Position numbers and translations under genes: made by a program. Positions 10,596-23,984 of a stretch of DNA of 50,916 nt are shown one piece after another (position 1 is the first letter of the stretch; the number at the start of each line of letters is the position of its first letter). The notes beneath the pieces are model-generated. The model saw nothing but the letters and a program-made list of their open reading frames with translations. It ran no database searches and was not told where the DNA came from. Source of the stretch: Octopus bimaculoides (Eukaryota); contig NC_068982.1 in NCBI RefSeq assembly GCF_001194135.2, positions 131,741,664 through 131,792,579 of the forward strand, written 5' to 3'.

Positions 10596-11944
10596 GTGAA
10601 GGGTTCTAATTCTGATAAGAGAATCACTTGACTTAGAAATAATTTTATATTATTTGCCTTTTCCATTCCCCGTAAACACTGAAAGGTGAAAGAAATTAAA
10701 AACAAAAATTTAAAAATGTAGTGAGAGCCTATTCTCAACTGAATTGAAGTTTTATACGGATTTTGAACAATTATATCAACGATAGAACTTCATTTCTAAT
10801 TTTAATTTCTTTTATTTTATGTCACAAACTACAGAGCTCGTGTAGCTGAACTAATAAAGTAACGAATCACCAGGCATGAAATGAGGGTTTCGCTTCCTGT
10901 CATAAGCGTGTTAGCTCTGTGACTGAAAACATTTAACCATTAAATGGTCTAGATCTGTTGGTCTTAACCTGAGTATTTGATGACATTGTGCGGCTGTCAA
11001 GAATACGTTGAATCTTTAAAAGGATAGTGATTTTTCTTAGAAATGTAATATTTAAATAATGTACAATAAACACATTTTCAAAAATAACTTGGTCAGATGG
11101 AGGATAGCGGGATGGAGATATGCTAAGGTCTAGCATAATTTCATTAAATAAAACCTCGCGTTTTTAAAGTAATTTCTATAGAAATTTAACACAGGGGTCT
11201 ATGGGTCACAAGTTTACGCACATACCTAAAAAAGCGACATAAGCGGATAGGATATTTTACTTTCTTTTAAACATGTGAATGAGGATACCTTTATTTAGGA
11301 TATATTAATTAAATAGCCGATCGATTAAGGAAAGAATAACTAATTTTAAAATAGATATTCAATTATGGTTGCATCAAAGCCATACGAGCGTGTTTACGGC
11401 TATGCATGAGTTATTTCCCTTGCAACAGTGTGAGTTATTTCCTCTTAGTTACTTATCAACTTTGCAAGAACGAAGTATCAAATGAATAGTTTTTAGTGAG
11501 TTATATGTTTGTTTACTTTAAGTAAAAAAGAACATTTTAAATTCTGTCCTATCGGAAGAACAACACTTAACATATTTTCCTTCTCTGCCGGCGAATGGTT
11601 AAGCATTCAACCTTTATCTTATTGACATTAAAATACATACAGCAATTTTTTAAAATGTCATTAATCAGTAATGTAATTGACTACAGATTAAATTGCTCAT
11701 CACCTTAGGTGTGTCACTAACACAGTTTTTGTAGTAGTATGTTTAAGTACGAAATAGCTTCCACACACTCTAAAATAATCGCATTTTTATATGTAACTGT
11801 AACTGTATCATTCTACCTTAAGTTTACAAACTGACAAACCGATAGTTCGAAACGTTTTGAAGGCCAGCTAAAGCAATTACAATTCAATAACATCATTAAT
11901 CCATTTTTAAAATGTATTTATTCTGCTAGTGGCTCAATCTGTGC

Positions 11945-12200
11945 CGGAGCGTGATCTAATGGTAGTGTGTTCACGCTAGAAAGTTTGTAGGTTCAATTCC
12001 TGGACTGGATACTACATTCTACTTCTGTGCAAACCACTGCATTTCGCATTGCTTGATTCAGTCAACTGTAAATGAGTACCAGCCAGGTGCTGGCACAACC
12101 CTCTTTTCTACCATCTGTCATATCTTGGATGTGCCACAAGGCAAAGGGGGCGGGGACCGAAATGATGTCTATGTCTGCTCGTGACTAGAGAGGTACCTAA
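11945..12200 (+). mobile_element. Old tRNA-derived, CORE-like SINE (family D)
   Basis: Head with ggttcaattcc B-box and cagtcaactgtaaatgagtacc segment. Confidence 0.55.
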
Positions 12201-13059
12201 AACAATTAGCGAAAGTATGGTGCATGTTGCTAAAGGCGGCTTAATATCATTATCATCATTTTTAAAGTTCTCTTTTCTATGCTTACATACATGAGTGTGT
12301 ATGCCTGTATATATCGCTTTGTTATAATGTCCACATTTGCATGCTTGTATGAAGCTTGTTGTCCAAAATTACTTCCTGTTACGAACCTGTTTCCAAGCAA
12401 GGTTATGTGCGTGAGTATGTGCATGCGCTTGTGTGTACATGTATATACATATATGTAAAAAACACATCACACACTCATTTTCTCCGGAACTGTTTCCATT
12501 CATACCAGCAGAAAACAATAAAAAGTTCTTCCACTGGAATATCCAGAAAATTGATAGTATGTGTTTTATCATTTTTTCCATTTTTCTTTCATCATTTAAT
12601 CAGAGGATGAAGGGCAGCATACACTGATCCATTTTAGTGTCCCAAGGTTAGTGGGATGAAAGAAAGTAGTTTACATATCTTCGTTCTATAAATTTACTTC
12701 AACTAAACTCCGAGAATACTCAATAATAAGCAAAGCATCATCATAACCAACAAACAATTATAAAGTCACTATTTAAACAAAATACCCTTTACCTTGAAAG
12801 ATGTCATAATTAAAAAAAAAACAAAAAGAAGACTTATGATACTTTTGTACAATCAGAAACTTATTTTAAAATGGACTCAACAATAAACAGAGAAAATAGT
12901 AATTCATTGTTGCTAGTGACAGTTAATTTAGTTGTTAACGTATTTAATCCATCATCCACATATTACTGTCAGAAATGTCTTCCCATTGTTTATTACTTTT
13001 GTGAGAAGCCATTGAATAAGAAGTTTATTTTAATCACTATAATGGGGGCTGGTCCACAT

Positions 13060-13295
13060 TAGTCTGTAAAGAGCATAGGGCTGGTTTCCTGGTTTCTGTG
13101 GGATATATATTACTCCCTGGATGGGATGCCTGTCCATCACAGGGTGCCTTGTTTTTACCAGCTGAATGAACTGGAATAACATGAACTGAAATCTTTTGAT
13201 CAAGAACACACTGCAGTGCCCAGTGCAGGAATTGAAATCACAATCTTATCATCATGAGTCCAACACTCAAACCACTAAGCCCTGTGCCTCCAGCA
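13060..13295 (-). mobile_element. Old tRNA-derived SINE (family D); related copies at 16935-17110 (+), 23085-23230 (-) and 32770-32920 (-)
   Basis: Shared ttgctcaagaacaca..ggaat.gaa.ccac..cctaaccactaagcc block. Confidence 0.6.
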
Positions 13296-13338
13296 ACATC
13301 ACTATAATATTCACGAAAAAAAATATTAAACTCAGGAC

Positions 13339-13533
13339 TCTTTTACTTTTTTACTTGTTTCAGTCATTTGACTGTGGCCATGCTGGAGCACTGCCTTTAG
13401 TCGAGCAAATCGACCCTGGGACTTATTCTTTGTAAGCCTAGTACTTATTCTATCGGTCTCTTTTTGCCGAACCGCTAAGCGACGGGGACATAAACACACC
13501 ACCATCGGTTGTCAAGCAATGCTAGGGGGACAA

Positions 13534-13598
<65 letters not shown>

Positions 13599-13760
13599 TA
13601 CGACGGGCTTCTTTCAGTTTCCGTCTACCAAATCCACTCACAAGGCTTTGGTTGGCCCGAGGCTATAGTAGAAGACACTTGCCCAAGGTGCCACACAGTG
13701 GGAATGAACCCAGAACCATGTGGTTGGTAAGCAAGCTACTTACCACACAGCCACTCCTGC
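13339..13760 (-). mobile_element. SINE family A, full length, with internal (CA)n(TA)n
   Basis: Complete head, internal microsatellite, 3' half and tail. Confidence 0.9.
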
Positions 13761-15329
13761 AAACAAATGGAACTTTTGTCACTTGTAACACTCATTCTTA
13801 CAGCAGTAAGTTATAATAATATGCAGTATGTTATAATAAGTTATAATAATATGCAGTATTAAACTTGCTTGGAAATATTTGGCTTTAGTGTTTTGATGGT
13901 GATACGACTTTGGGCTCATGATCAGAACAGAAATTTTTAATTCTCTTTCTGCTCATAATATGGGAAGACAGAGAAAAAGTTGAGCATAGCTAGTCTCTCC
14001 CCACAATGATGCTGATGATAATGATGATGATGCTGCCAACCCAACAATGCTGCTGTTAATAACACCACCATTAACATAGACTGATATTAAATATATATTT
14101 TTCTATATGCCAATCAAATATCAAATTCTATTATAATTTCCAATATGTCAGCTGTGGCATGTAGATATGAAGACTTAAGTTTTAAGAGTAGAAATTAAGA
14201 TGTCTTGAACTTTATGCATTAATCTAAAGACATTTAACAATGTAATGGAAAGTATTTCCAAATGGAAATTGTAAGTTGGTCATGTACTTAGCTTTCTGAG
14301 AATATTCAACAGCAAGAACAGCAACCACTGCTGCCACTGCCAACACTACTACCACAGCCTTCACAACAGATTTCTTTTGACTGGACTCAAGGTTAATTTC
14401 ATGTTGGGATGGACATATACCCAAGCTGAATTTACCCAAGTAGATTACTGCTATTTGATATTCATTTCACCAATTCTGGAAAAATTAAGAACAAAGGTGG
14501 TATTGGGTTTCGTTTTAAGACAAGGACAATAAACAGCAATATACTGAAAAAGGTGTTTGTGACATCATTCTACTAACAAAGACTCAGAACTACCTTTTAA
14601 TAAGGATATATTTTGTTGCATAGGACTTATGTTTTAGATTTACCACTAGCAATGAATAATATTGTGTGATACGATATTCATGTCATTTTTAGGAACGTAC
14701 ATGAAGTGGAATGGCTTGAACGACAAATCAAAACCAGGTTATGTGTTCATTTCAGAAAGAGCTTACCTCTGTACTATTGTACTATACTCTACAAATGACC
14801 AATACTCATTTTTATATTAGCATAAGACATCATATTATAATGAAGAAACGAGGTGTTATAACAAGAATACATTTCACGGAGACGTTTATGCCAGCCAACT
14901 AGATATCCTCATTGTATTTAGGTGTTGGCTTTCAAAGACTCTCCTTTTCCTTCTGTGTTGTGTTGCCTACATGCAATCATCCAGGCTCTTGCTTCCCATC
15001 CATTTGTTGATGTCATCAGTCTCAAAACATCTTTGATGGTCTCTTGTTCTCTTCCCTTCCACACTTCCTATCAGGATAATCTAAAGTAAACATTAATGAC
15101 AGTGAAGTAAAGTGACCACCACAACTGAGATTTGAAAGCAAGTTATAGCCTTGGTATGCTTGAAGCTTATTTCCATTCACTCAGTATTATGAGTTCAAAT
15201 ACTACAAGAGCTGGCAGAATTTTAACATCATTCTAATTTGAAACTATCTGCTGATGGAAGCTTAAAAAAATCTATAAAAAGAAAAACAATTTGAGTCTTA
15301 ATAACAAAACATTAAAAAAATAATAAATT

Positions 15330-15553
15330 GCGTGGCCGTTGCCAGTACCACCTGACTGGCCTTCGTGCCGGTGGCACGTAAAAGCACCCACTACACTCTT
15401 GGAGTGGTTGGCGTTAGGAAGGATATCCAGCAGTAGAAACACTGCCAGATCAGATTGGAGTCTGGTGTAGCCATCTGGTTCACCAGTCCTCAGTCAAATC
15501 GTCCAATCCATGCTAGCATGGAAAGCGGACGTTAAACAATGATGATGATGATG
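15330..15553 (+). mobile_element. RTE LINE 3' UTR/tail (5'-truncated), ending in (GAT)n
   Basis: Same sequence follows the RTE ORF at 49250-50395. Confidence 0.85.
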
Positions 15554-16028
15554 GTATATTCAATTTGGTTTCCATGCCAATCATCACCTATGGTCATGAA
15601 TGTTGGGTAATGACTAAAAGAGTACAATTGCGAATATAAGCAGCCAAAAATAGGGTTCTTCCAAAGGATCTCTGGAGTAATGTTACCTGACAGAGTGCAT
15701 AGCTCAGAGACCAGGGAATCTTTCCAGGTTGAGTTGCTACTTCTTCTCCACACTGAGAAATTACAGCTCCAGTACTATGGATATGGAATTAGAATGTCAC
15801 AGGAAAGAATTGCAAGATGGATTCTACAGGCCAAGCCAACTGGTAGGAAACCTAGGGTTAGGACAATAATGAGATGGCTGGGTAATCTTACCTGATCACA
15901 CTCAAGAATCCAACCAGAAAGTGGAATGATGGTTACATTTGACTGGACCTTGTGGACGAAGTGCCGAAGGATTCTACCCAACAATCCTCTCAGGAATAGT
16001 GAGCAGAGAAAATGGATGGATGGATGGA
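15554..16028 (+). mobile_element. Second RTE family (Expander/Rex3-like) 3' fragment with (GATG)n tail
   Basis: Decayed PIITYGHECWVMT..AAKIGF..LQLQYYG..RMSQERIA..GRKPRVRT; ends tggatggatggatgga. Confidence 0.7.
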
Positions 16029-16600
16029 CAGACATCTTTGGATTTATAAAATTAAAGATTTGTTATTATTCTAAGCAGAAATTGGCTCACACAAGTTCTT
16101 ATGCACTTGCAATTTGGTACCAGATGTACTGAGTCAAAAGCATCAAATGCATGAATGCAAGAAAGCAGTAAAAGAACAAAAAGGACAGTGTAAATATAAC
16201 AGTAGAGCAGAAGACAACATGCATGAAAATAATTAGTTTCATTCTTCTGAGTTCCAAGATCAAATTCCAGCAGACTCAACTTACTTTGTCATTGTCAAAG
16301 ATTGATAAATAATTTCTATAAATATTCTTGAATTGATTTGTTAAATTCATATTCTGTATCATTCAAAAATAAGTCTAGCACCAATTTAGAAACTAGCATA
16401 AATTTCTTATATCCAGACAAGGTTTCAATCCTTGTTACTTGAAGTTTTGATATGGGTTTCAAATATTAGCACAAAGCCAGCAATTTTAAGGGAGGGGCTA
16501 AGTCAATTGGATCAACCCATGTGCTCAGCTTGTACTTATTTTATTGATCCCGAAAGGATGAAAGGCCAAGTCGACCCTGATAGCATTTGAATTTAAAATA

Positions 16601-16829
16601 TTGGGTTGTCCGGAAAGTTCGTGCCGATTTATAATAGCTTACCTTTCGACTTATTTGCCATGAAACCACCTCAATTCTGGGAAGAGGATATTTTCAAGTT
16701 AAAGGAAAGATGGAGAAGCATTGTGCAACAAAATGGTTCATATTTGGTGGATTAAAAATGTAATGGCAAGTATTTATTGACCCTTTTCTTTCCTTTCAAA
16801 AACCGGCACGAACTTTCCGGACAACCCAA
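16601..16829 (+). mobile_element. Mariner-derived MITE (second copy, opposite orientation), inserted in a minus-strand SINE-B (about 16470-16880)
   Basis: TIRs 29/30 identical, TA on both sides; SINE-B sequence is continuous across the insertion. Confidence 0.9.
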
Positions 16830-17199
16830 TATAAAGATGGACAAAATGCTGCTAAGCATTTTACCCAGCATGCTAATGATTCTGCCAGCTCCTGCTTTAC
16901 ATGTATTTCTGATGTTAAAGTTAAATAAAGGTTGTGTAGGAAGGCATGTGGCCCAATCGACACAATTGTTTGGTGATGGGTTCAATTCTTCGACTGGTTG
17001 GTGTGTTGTGTGCTTCAGCAAAACACTTCATTTTATATTACTTCAGGGCACTCAGTTGAAAATGAGTACCAGCAACAGCTGGTACTTAACCCTCAAATGA
17101 ATGAGTAGTTTTGTACTTTAAGTTACCTAAATACCTTGCAAAGCTAGATAAGCATCACCCTCCTGATACTGTAAAGCTCAAGGTAGATTTTGTTTAAAA

Positions 17200-18012
17200 G
17201 TTATTAAGGCAGGAGATGGCCAAATTGTTATTGCACTGAACAAAATGTTTATTGGCATTTCTTCCAGCTCTTTACATTCTGAGTTCAAATCCTGCTGAAG
17301 TCAACTTTGCTTTTAATCCTTTTGGTATCAATAAAATAAAGTACCAGTCAAGTACTGGGATTGATGTAACTGACTAAAGTCCTTCCACTAAAATTGATGG
17401 CCTTGTACCACAATGTAAAACCAATAGTGAAGGAGTCTCTCTGTGTGGTAGCTTGAATTACTAGAAATATCAGCCAAATCTCTCTCCAATCACATTCTAC
17501 CATCTTAAAAAAAGATAAGGACAATCTAGTCCTAGATTGTTTTGCAATATATTAATGAGAAAAAAAATTATTAGTAGTAGTAGTACCATTATTATTAAGG
17601 TGGCGAGCTGGCAGAAACATTAGCATGCCGGGCAAAATGCTTAGCGGTATTTTGTCTGTCTTTATGTTCTGAGTTCAAATTCTGCCAAGATCGACTCTGC
17701 TTTTCATCCTTTCACGGTCAATGAAATAAGTACCAGTTACACACTGGGGTCAATGTAATCGACTTAATCCCCTCCCCCAAGCTGCCCTTGTGGCAAAACT
17801 TTGAAATTATTATTATTATTATTATTATTATTAAGGCGGTGAGCTGGCAAAATTGTTAGCACACCAGTATTTCATCTGCCACTACATTGAGGTCAACTTT
17901 GCCTTTCATCCTTTCAAGGTTGATAAATTAAGTACCAATTGAGTACTGGTGTCGATGTGATTGACTGTTCGCCTCCCCACAAAATCCAGGCCTTGTGTCT
18001 ATAGTAGAAAGG

Positions 18013-18044
<32 letters not shown>

Positions 18045-18250
18045 GAGCTGATGGAACACATCAAACAAAAGGTTTAGTAATACCTCTTCTAACTCTTTAC
18101 TTTCTGAGTTCAAATACTGCCAAGGTCAACTTTACTTTCCATCCTTGTATGGTTGATAACATAAAATACCAGTCAATTGCTGGGATTAATGTAATCAAAT
18201 TGCCTCACCCCTGAAACTTGCTGTCTTGGCACCAAAATTAGAAATGGATT
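17200..18250 (+). mobile_element. Cluster of four SINE-B copies, partly head-to-tail across (ATT)n tracts
   Basis: Copies at about 17205-17420, 17597-17805, 17833-18012 and 18085-18245. Confidence 0.85.
17428..17555 (+). repeat. 128-bp block duplicated at 20854-20981 (4 substitutions)
   Basis: Direct comparison; contains the inverted repeat ACAATCTAG-TC-CTAGATTGT. Confidence 0.9.
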
Positions 18251-19039
18251 GCAATATTTAGTGTCATCCATTTTTTAAAAATTTCAAATCCGGTCACAAT
18301 AGTCATCTTTAGTTTTCATTTCTTTGATGTCTCAGCTTAATTTCATTACTTATAATTTCATTTAATACACCCAAATAGTAATAAATAAATAAATAAATAA
18401 ATAAATGAATAAATAGATATATTCTCAAGCTAGAATAACATTATTATAGAAAATTGCAAAGCATTTTATATATTTAAAAACAACATCCAGTATACATTTT
18501 TTCCCTAAAAAAATAGAAAACAAAATTGAAGAGATAATAAAAAAATATTTAAAAAAAACAAACTATATTTCAGAATTTAAAAACAAAAACTCAGAACATT
18601 TAATAAAAAAAAACCCAAAAATGTCATGTTAAAATAATAACAACCCTCTAAAACATTGTAACCTATTTTAAATGCAGATGTAATTTGTTTAATTTCTAAA
18701 CATTAAATGTCATCATAGATGCAGCAGTAAAACAACAACCACAAAAAAGACTAGTTCAGATACTTAATGGCCTTTTGTAACAGAACTCCTCAGCTCTATG
18801 GAAATGCCAAAAAGTAACAATGAGGATGAAGATGATGAAGATGATGATGGTGACGGTCGTGATGTTGAGTAACTGGTGCTGTGGGTAAGATGGGGATGAA
18901 GAATGTAAAAGACAATGACATTAATGATGAAAAGAAGTTATGATGATGTCAGTGATTGATGATGACTATGATGGTAATGGTGATGATGATGATGATGGTG
19001 TTTACATTATTGCAATGGAAAAAATTGCAATGCAAATTA

Positions 19040-19285
19040 TTATTATCATTATTATTATTATTATCATTATTAAGGCAGTGAACAGGCACAATTGTTAGCA
19101 CAGCGGGGGGAAATGCTTAGCGGTATTTTATCTACTTTCACATTCTGAGTTCAAATGCCACCAGGGTTGACTTAGCCTTTCATCCTCTCGGGGAGGTCAA
19201 TAAATTAAGTACCAGTTATGTATTGGGGTTGATATAATCAACTTAATCCCTTCTCCCAAATTTGAGGCCTTGTGCTTGCAGTAGA

Positions 19286-19324
<39 letters not shown>

Positions 19325-19645
19325 CATTATTATTCAAGTGCTTAGCCTGCAGAATCATTAGTATGTCAAGAAAAATGCTAAGTGGCATTTCTTTACCTTT
19401 TAAGTTCCGAGTTCTGAGTTCAAATTCTGCCAAGGGTGGTTTTTACCTTTCATCCTTCTAGGGTCAATAAAATAAGTAACCTGTTGAGTACTGGAGTCAA
19501 TGTGATTGACTGTTCGCCTCCCCACAAATTCCAGGATTATTATCATTATTATTAAGGTGGTGAGTAGCAAGAATCATTCATGCATTGGACAAAATGCTTC
19601 ACAGCATTTCATCTGGTTCATTACATTCTAAGTCCAAATTCTGCA
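19040..19645 (+). mobile_element. Three SINE-B copies head-to-tail, each starting after an (ATT)n tract
   Basis: Starts at about 19072, 19335 and 19553. Confidence 0.8.
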
Positions 19646-19647
19646 CA

Positions 19648-19686
<39 letters not shown>

Positions 19687-21039
19687 CTATCATATCTGCC
19701 TCTTGCATAAAGTTGTCTGAGTTAAAAAGAAACTGTGTCAACATGCTTACATTCCCCGAAAACATTACAGCCTGTGGCTCTGTGCCCCTGAAGAAGCAGA
19801 ATAAAAGCTTCTTTACTTGATAAACAGGAAATGGTTGATGACAGGAAGAGTATCCACCCGTAACAACAATGCCTCAAATATACCACCGTAATTATATTCT
19901 CGTAACTTAGCAGTTCAGCAAAAGAGACCAATAGAATAAGCATCAGACTTAAAGATAAGTACTGGGATGAATTTGTTCAACAAAATCCTTCGAAGTGGTG
20001 CCCCAGCATGACTGCAGTCCAATGAATGAAACAAGTAAAAGATAAAAGATGTAAAAACAGACATATAAATAAATTTTAAAAAATGAATGATTATAAAAAA
20101 GTAAGCCATTGAAGTCTTTGAGAAAGTAAAACAATTTTATTTTATCAACAGGACAAATTTAAAGAAAATTAACAAGTATTTTAAAAAAATAATTAAGAAC
20201 TGGACAGTCACAAAAATTATTTCCGTTGTTTACATATGAAAATAACATAGTAGTTTATATAACGACTTGGAGAAAAGGAATGGTAATGGCAGTGATTGTA
20301 GTAGTAATAGTAGTAGTAGTAGTAGTAGTAGTTGTAGAATTAGTAGTACCTGAGTGGATGATTAGGATCTGATGAAGCTCCCCTGTGCGCTCTCTGAAAT
20401 CTTCTCATAGTTCTTCTCAGTACCAACTGACAATGGTAAGGATAACTTTGTTTCTTTCTGATATTTTGTCATAAGCATAACTAAACTTTGAAACAGAACT
20501 TTACAGTCCTTATTAAAAACTTCTAGTTACCTCCAAAGTATTCTAATCTTGTTTTACGTGACTTGATTTCTGGCACTTCAGTCAGCTCTGTGTTAAGTTG
20601 TTCTCTATCTGGTTCTAACTGCTTCACCCCAGGAGGAATTTCTTATATTCTACGCAATGGATGGTCAAGTTAAAAAAGTAATGGACAACCAGCTACAAAG
20701 TAGACTGTGTGTATTATCATTAACACGACATTGTGTTTAAGGTTAAATGATGATTCAGCTGTCAAATGTCCCAGTCTACTTGGCCATAAACAGAATCTAC
20801 AGACCAGGAATGACTGACCCATAAGAACACAGTTAAATTCTCAACATCAAGAATGAAGGAGTCTCTCTGTGTGGTAGCTTGAATTACTAGAAACATCAGC
20901 CAAATCTCTCTCAAATTACATTCAACCATCTTAAAAAAAGATAAGGACAATCTAGTCCTAGATTGTTTTGCAATATATTAAAAAGAAAAAAACAACATTA
21001 GTACAAAGCTGAAATGCCTTTGATTGTGGTGTCTATTGA

Positions 21040-21260
21040 TGTAATCCTTTAGCATTTAAACCCACTATATCCGGCCCAAATATTCTACATGTTTTATGTT
21101 CAAAGTGGCCAGATCCAGCCTCTCACACCTACACTCCAATGTCATTCTAAAAATAAACAGTCACATCATCAAAATCTCAAAGCTACAAGATAATTCATGA
21201 TTCATTTCAAAGCAATGTGAACGACTAAGTATTACACTTGACAGAGTAATCTGGGTTAAA
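21040..21260. mobile_element. Decayed MITE with piggyBac-like ends
   Basis: Left taatcctttagcatt (like TTAA-CCCTTTAGCATT), right ctgggttaa; family recognised from memory. Confidence 0.45.
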
Positions 21261-22215
21261 GCTGACTCTGGGACTAAACAACATCAACAACAACAATAAC
21301 CATAGTCTACTAAAAGAGAAGCTGCTGGTCAACAGAGTCTACAACTCAAATTCAATTCTATTTTGGCTTCATTTCTCTTCCTTGATTTTGATAGTTCATG
21401 AAAAAAAAAACCCCAAAACTCTACTGAGTTTCTTTGGACAGGATTCAAAGATTTATAAAGAAATAAATGTTCAGTGGAATCATTGCTGCTATATTATTAT
21501 TAGTGCTTGTTTCTTTTAAGTCCTAATGGAATGAAAGGAAAAGATGACAGAAACAGGATCGGAGCATAGAACCAAATGGAATACTGTTACAGATTTATCA
21601 TTTACACAATCTCTCCTGCCAGAAATAAGTATGATGATTTTACTATGATTAGATGGGAGTTCACAGGATTATTTGGACAAGAAATAGGAAAAACTGCAAG
21701 ACAGAACTCCAATGGGATTTGTGTAGTAGGATTTAACCCTAATGATCTCCCTTGAATTCAACAATAACGTTAACATGTCAATTCAGAAACATTCAAACCA
21801 CTACTAGTTTGTTTTTGTTTTATTATATCTATATAATTTTGTATCTTAAAGAAAGAGAGAAAGAAAGAACAAAAAGAAAGGTGTCAGATTTAAGATAAAA
21901 ATCCATACTTAGTTTTTTTTTAATGTTTTTTTTTTTTAATAACCCTGAATAATATATTAGCATTTAATGAAATAAAATACTTGAGCAATCAGTGCAGAGT
22001 TTCTCAGATAGGTTTCTGCGAGTAATGATACTGATTATGACGATTGAATAGCATCAGACAGTTACCACATAAATAAAACATATCTTCTTCATTTAGGTAT
22101 AATAAGAAAGCAATACAATGAAATAACAAGTAAGATGAAATTTGTAACAGGAGACTGGACACTCGTTCTATAATATTCACAATGTTGCAGAAGAAAACGA
22201 AACATTTACACACAC

Positions 22216-22247
<32 letters not shown>

Positions 22248-22359
22248 NNNNNNNNNNNNNNNNNNNNNNNNNNNNNNNNNNNNNNNNNNNNNNNNNNNNN
22301 NNNNNNNNNNNNNNNNNNNNNNNNNNNNNNNNNNNNNNNNNNATTTATCTATATATATT

Positions 22360-22632
<273 letters not shown>

Positions 22633-23259
22633 ATTTAGTCCTCCTGAGTGTCCAAAAATCACCCTCCCCATGAAACAAGTTGGTAAGTTTAGTTGCTGAT
22701 AGCCCAACTATGCAACATGTTGTACTGGGTTACATGTTACCAGTAGCACTATGAAGCAACCTGACCCACATATGTTTGTGTGTAACTTGAGTTTTCATGG
22801 GAGAGAGTTTCCTTTATACAACTTAAGATAAATCACCAATTGCATAAATGTTATCTAATTCATCCTATCAAACTATACACGTATATAAATACACACACAC
22901 ACACACACACAAGCGTCTAGCTGATCTCATGAGCATGACCCAATATGTTGTACCACATTTTTGGCAATTGTTTTAGAAAGCAGACAAAATGTCACAAGTA
23001 TGACAAAACATGTTCTTGGCTCTACCACCCTTGCCACAGTGTAACACTGAGGATGTGACAGCAGGAGGGAGAGAGTGCTGCAGCCTCAGTCAGCTGGTTC
23101 TCATCTTTAGCTTAGTAGACTGAAGCAATAGGAAATGATGTGCCTTGCTCAATGACACAGAGCAATGCCCAGTTCAGGAACTGAAGTAGTGAATTTATGA
23201 TTGTGAGCCTAACACAATGGCCACATGCTTCTATAGATTTATACACACACACAACACAT

Positions 23260-23468
23260 ACTCTTTTACTTGTTTCAGTCATTTGACTGCGGCCATGCTG
23301 GGGCACTGCCTTTAGTCGAGCAAATCGACCCCAGGACTTATTCTTTGGAAGCCTAGTACTTATTCTATCGGTCTCTTTTTGCCAAACCATTAAGTTACGG
23401 GGACGTAAACACACCAGCATCGGTTGTCAAGCGAAGTTGGGGGGACAAACACAGACACACAAACATAT

Positions 23469-23537
<69 letters not shown>

Positions 23538-23703
23538 TACAACGGGCTTCTTTCAGTTTCCGTCTACCAAATCCACTCACAAGGCTTTGGTCGGCCCGAG
23601 GCTATAGTAGAAGACACTTGCGCAAAGTGCCACGCAGTGGGACTGAACCCAGAACCATGTGGTTGGTAAGCAAGCTACTTACCACACAGTCACTCCTGCG
23701 CCT
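23260..23703 (-). mobile_element. SINE family A, full length, with internal microsatellite
   Basis: Matches 13339-13760. Confidence 0.9.
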
Positions 23704-23984
23704 ATATATGAATATATCTAAATATATGTTACGTCAGATCATTATGTAACCCTGTAAGACCTGTTGCATGGTCAGACTACTGGCAACTAAATTGGTGATG
23801 CTATCAAATCTGCTTGGTAAGAAGGATAGTTTTCATTCTGTCCTACCACCTTGTAGGATGGAAAACAAAACCTATCAAAGGCCAAATGAACTCAGAAGAG
23901 TCAACAGCCATCCAACAGCTGGGACACACCTCCTAATCTTTGTTTAAACATTTCTCTTGAGCAAATGCATGTATGTATATATGT

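Noticed and set aside
14224-14439. ORF with a hydrophobic VVVLAVAAVVAVLAV stretch as a membrane micropeptide
   Set aside because: It arises from decayed trinucleotide low-complexity sequence; no splice or homology support.
20360-20420. CTGATGA...GAAA as a hammerhead; nearby minus-strand open stretches as exons
   Set aside because: Stems do not close at the required positions; the peptides have stops, no usable splice pairs and no recognisable family.
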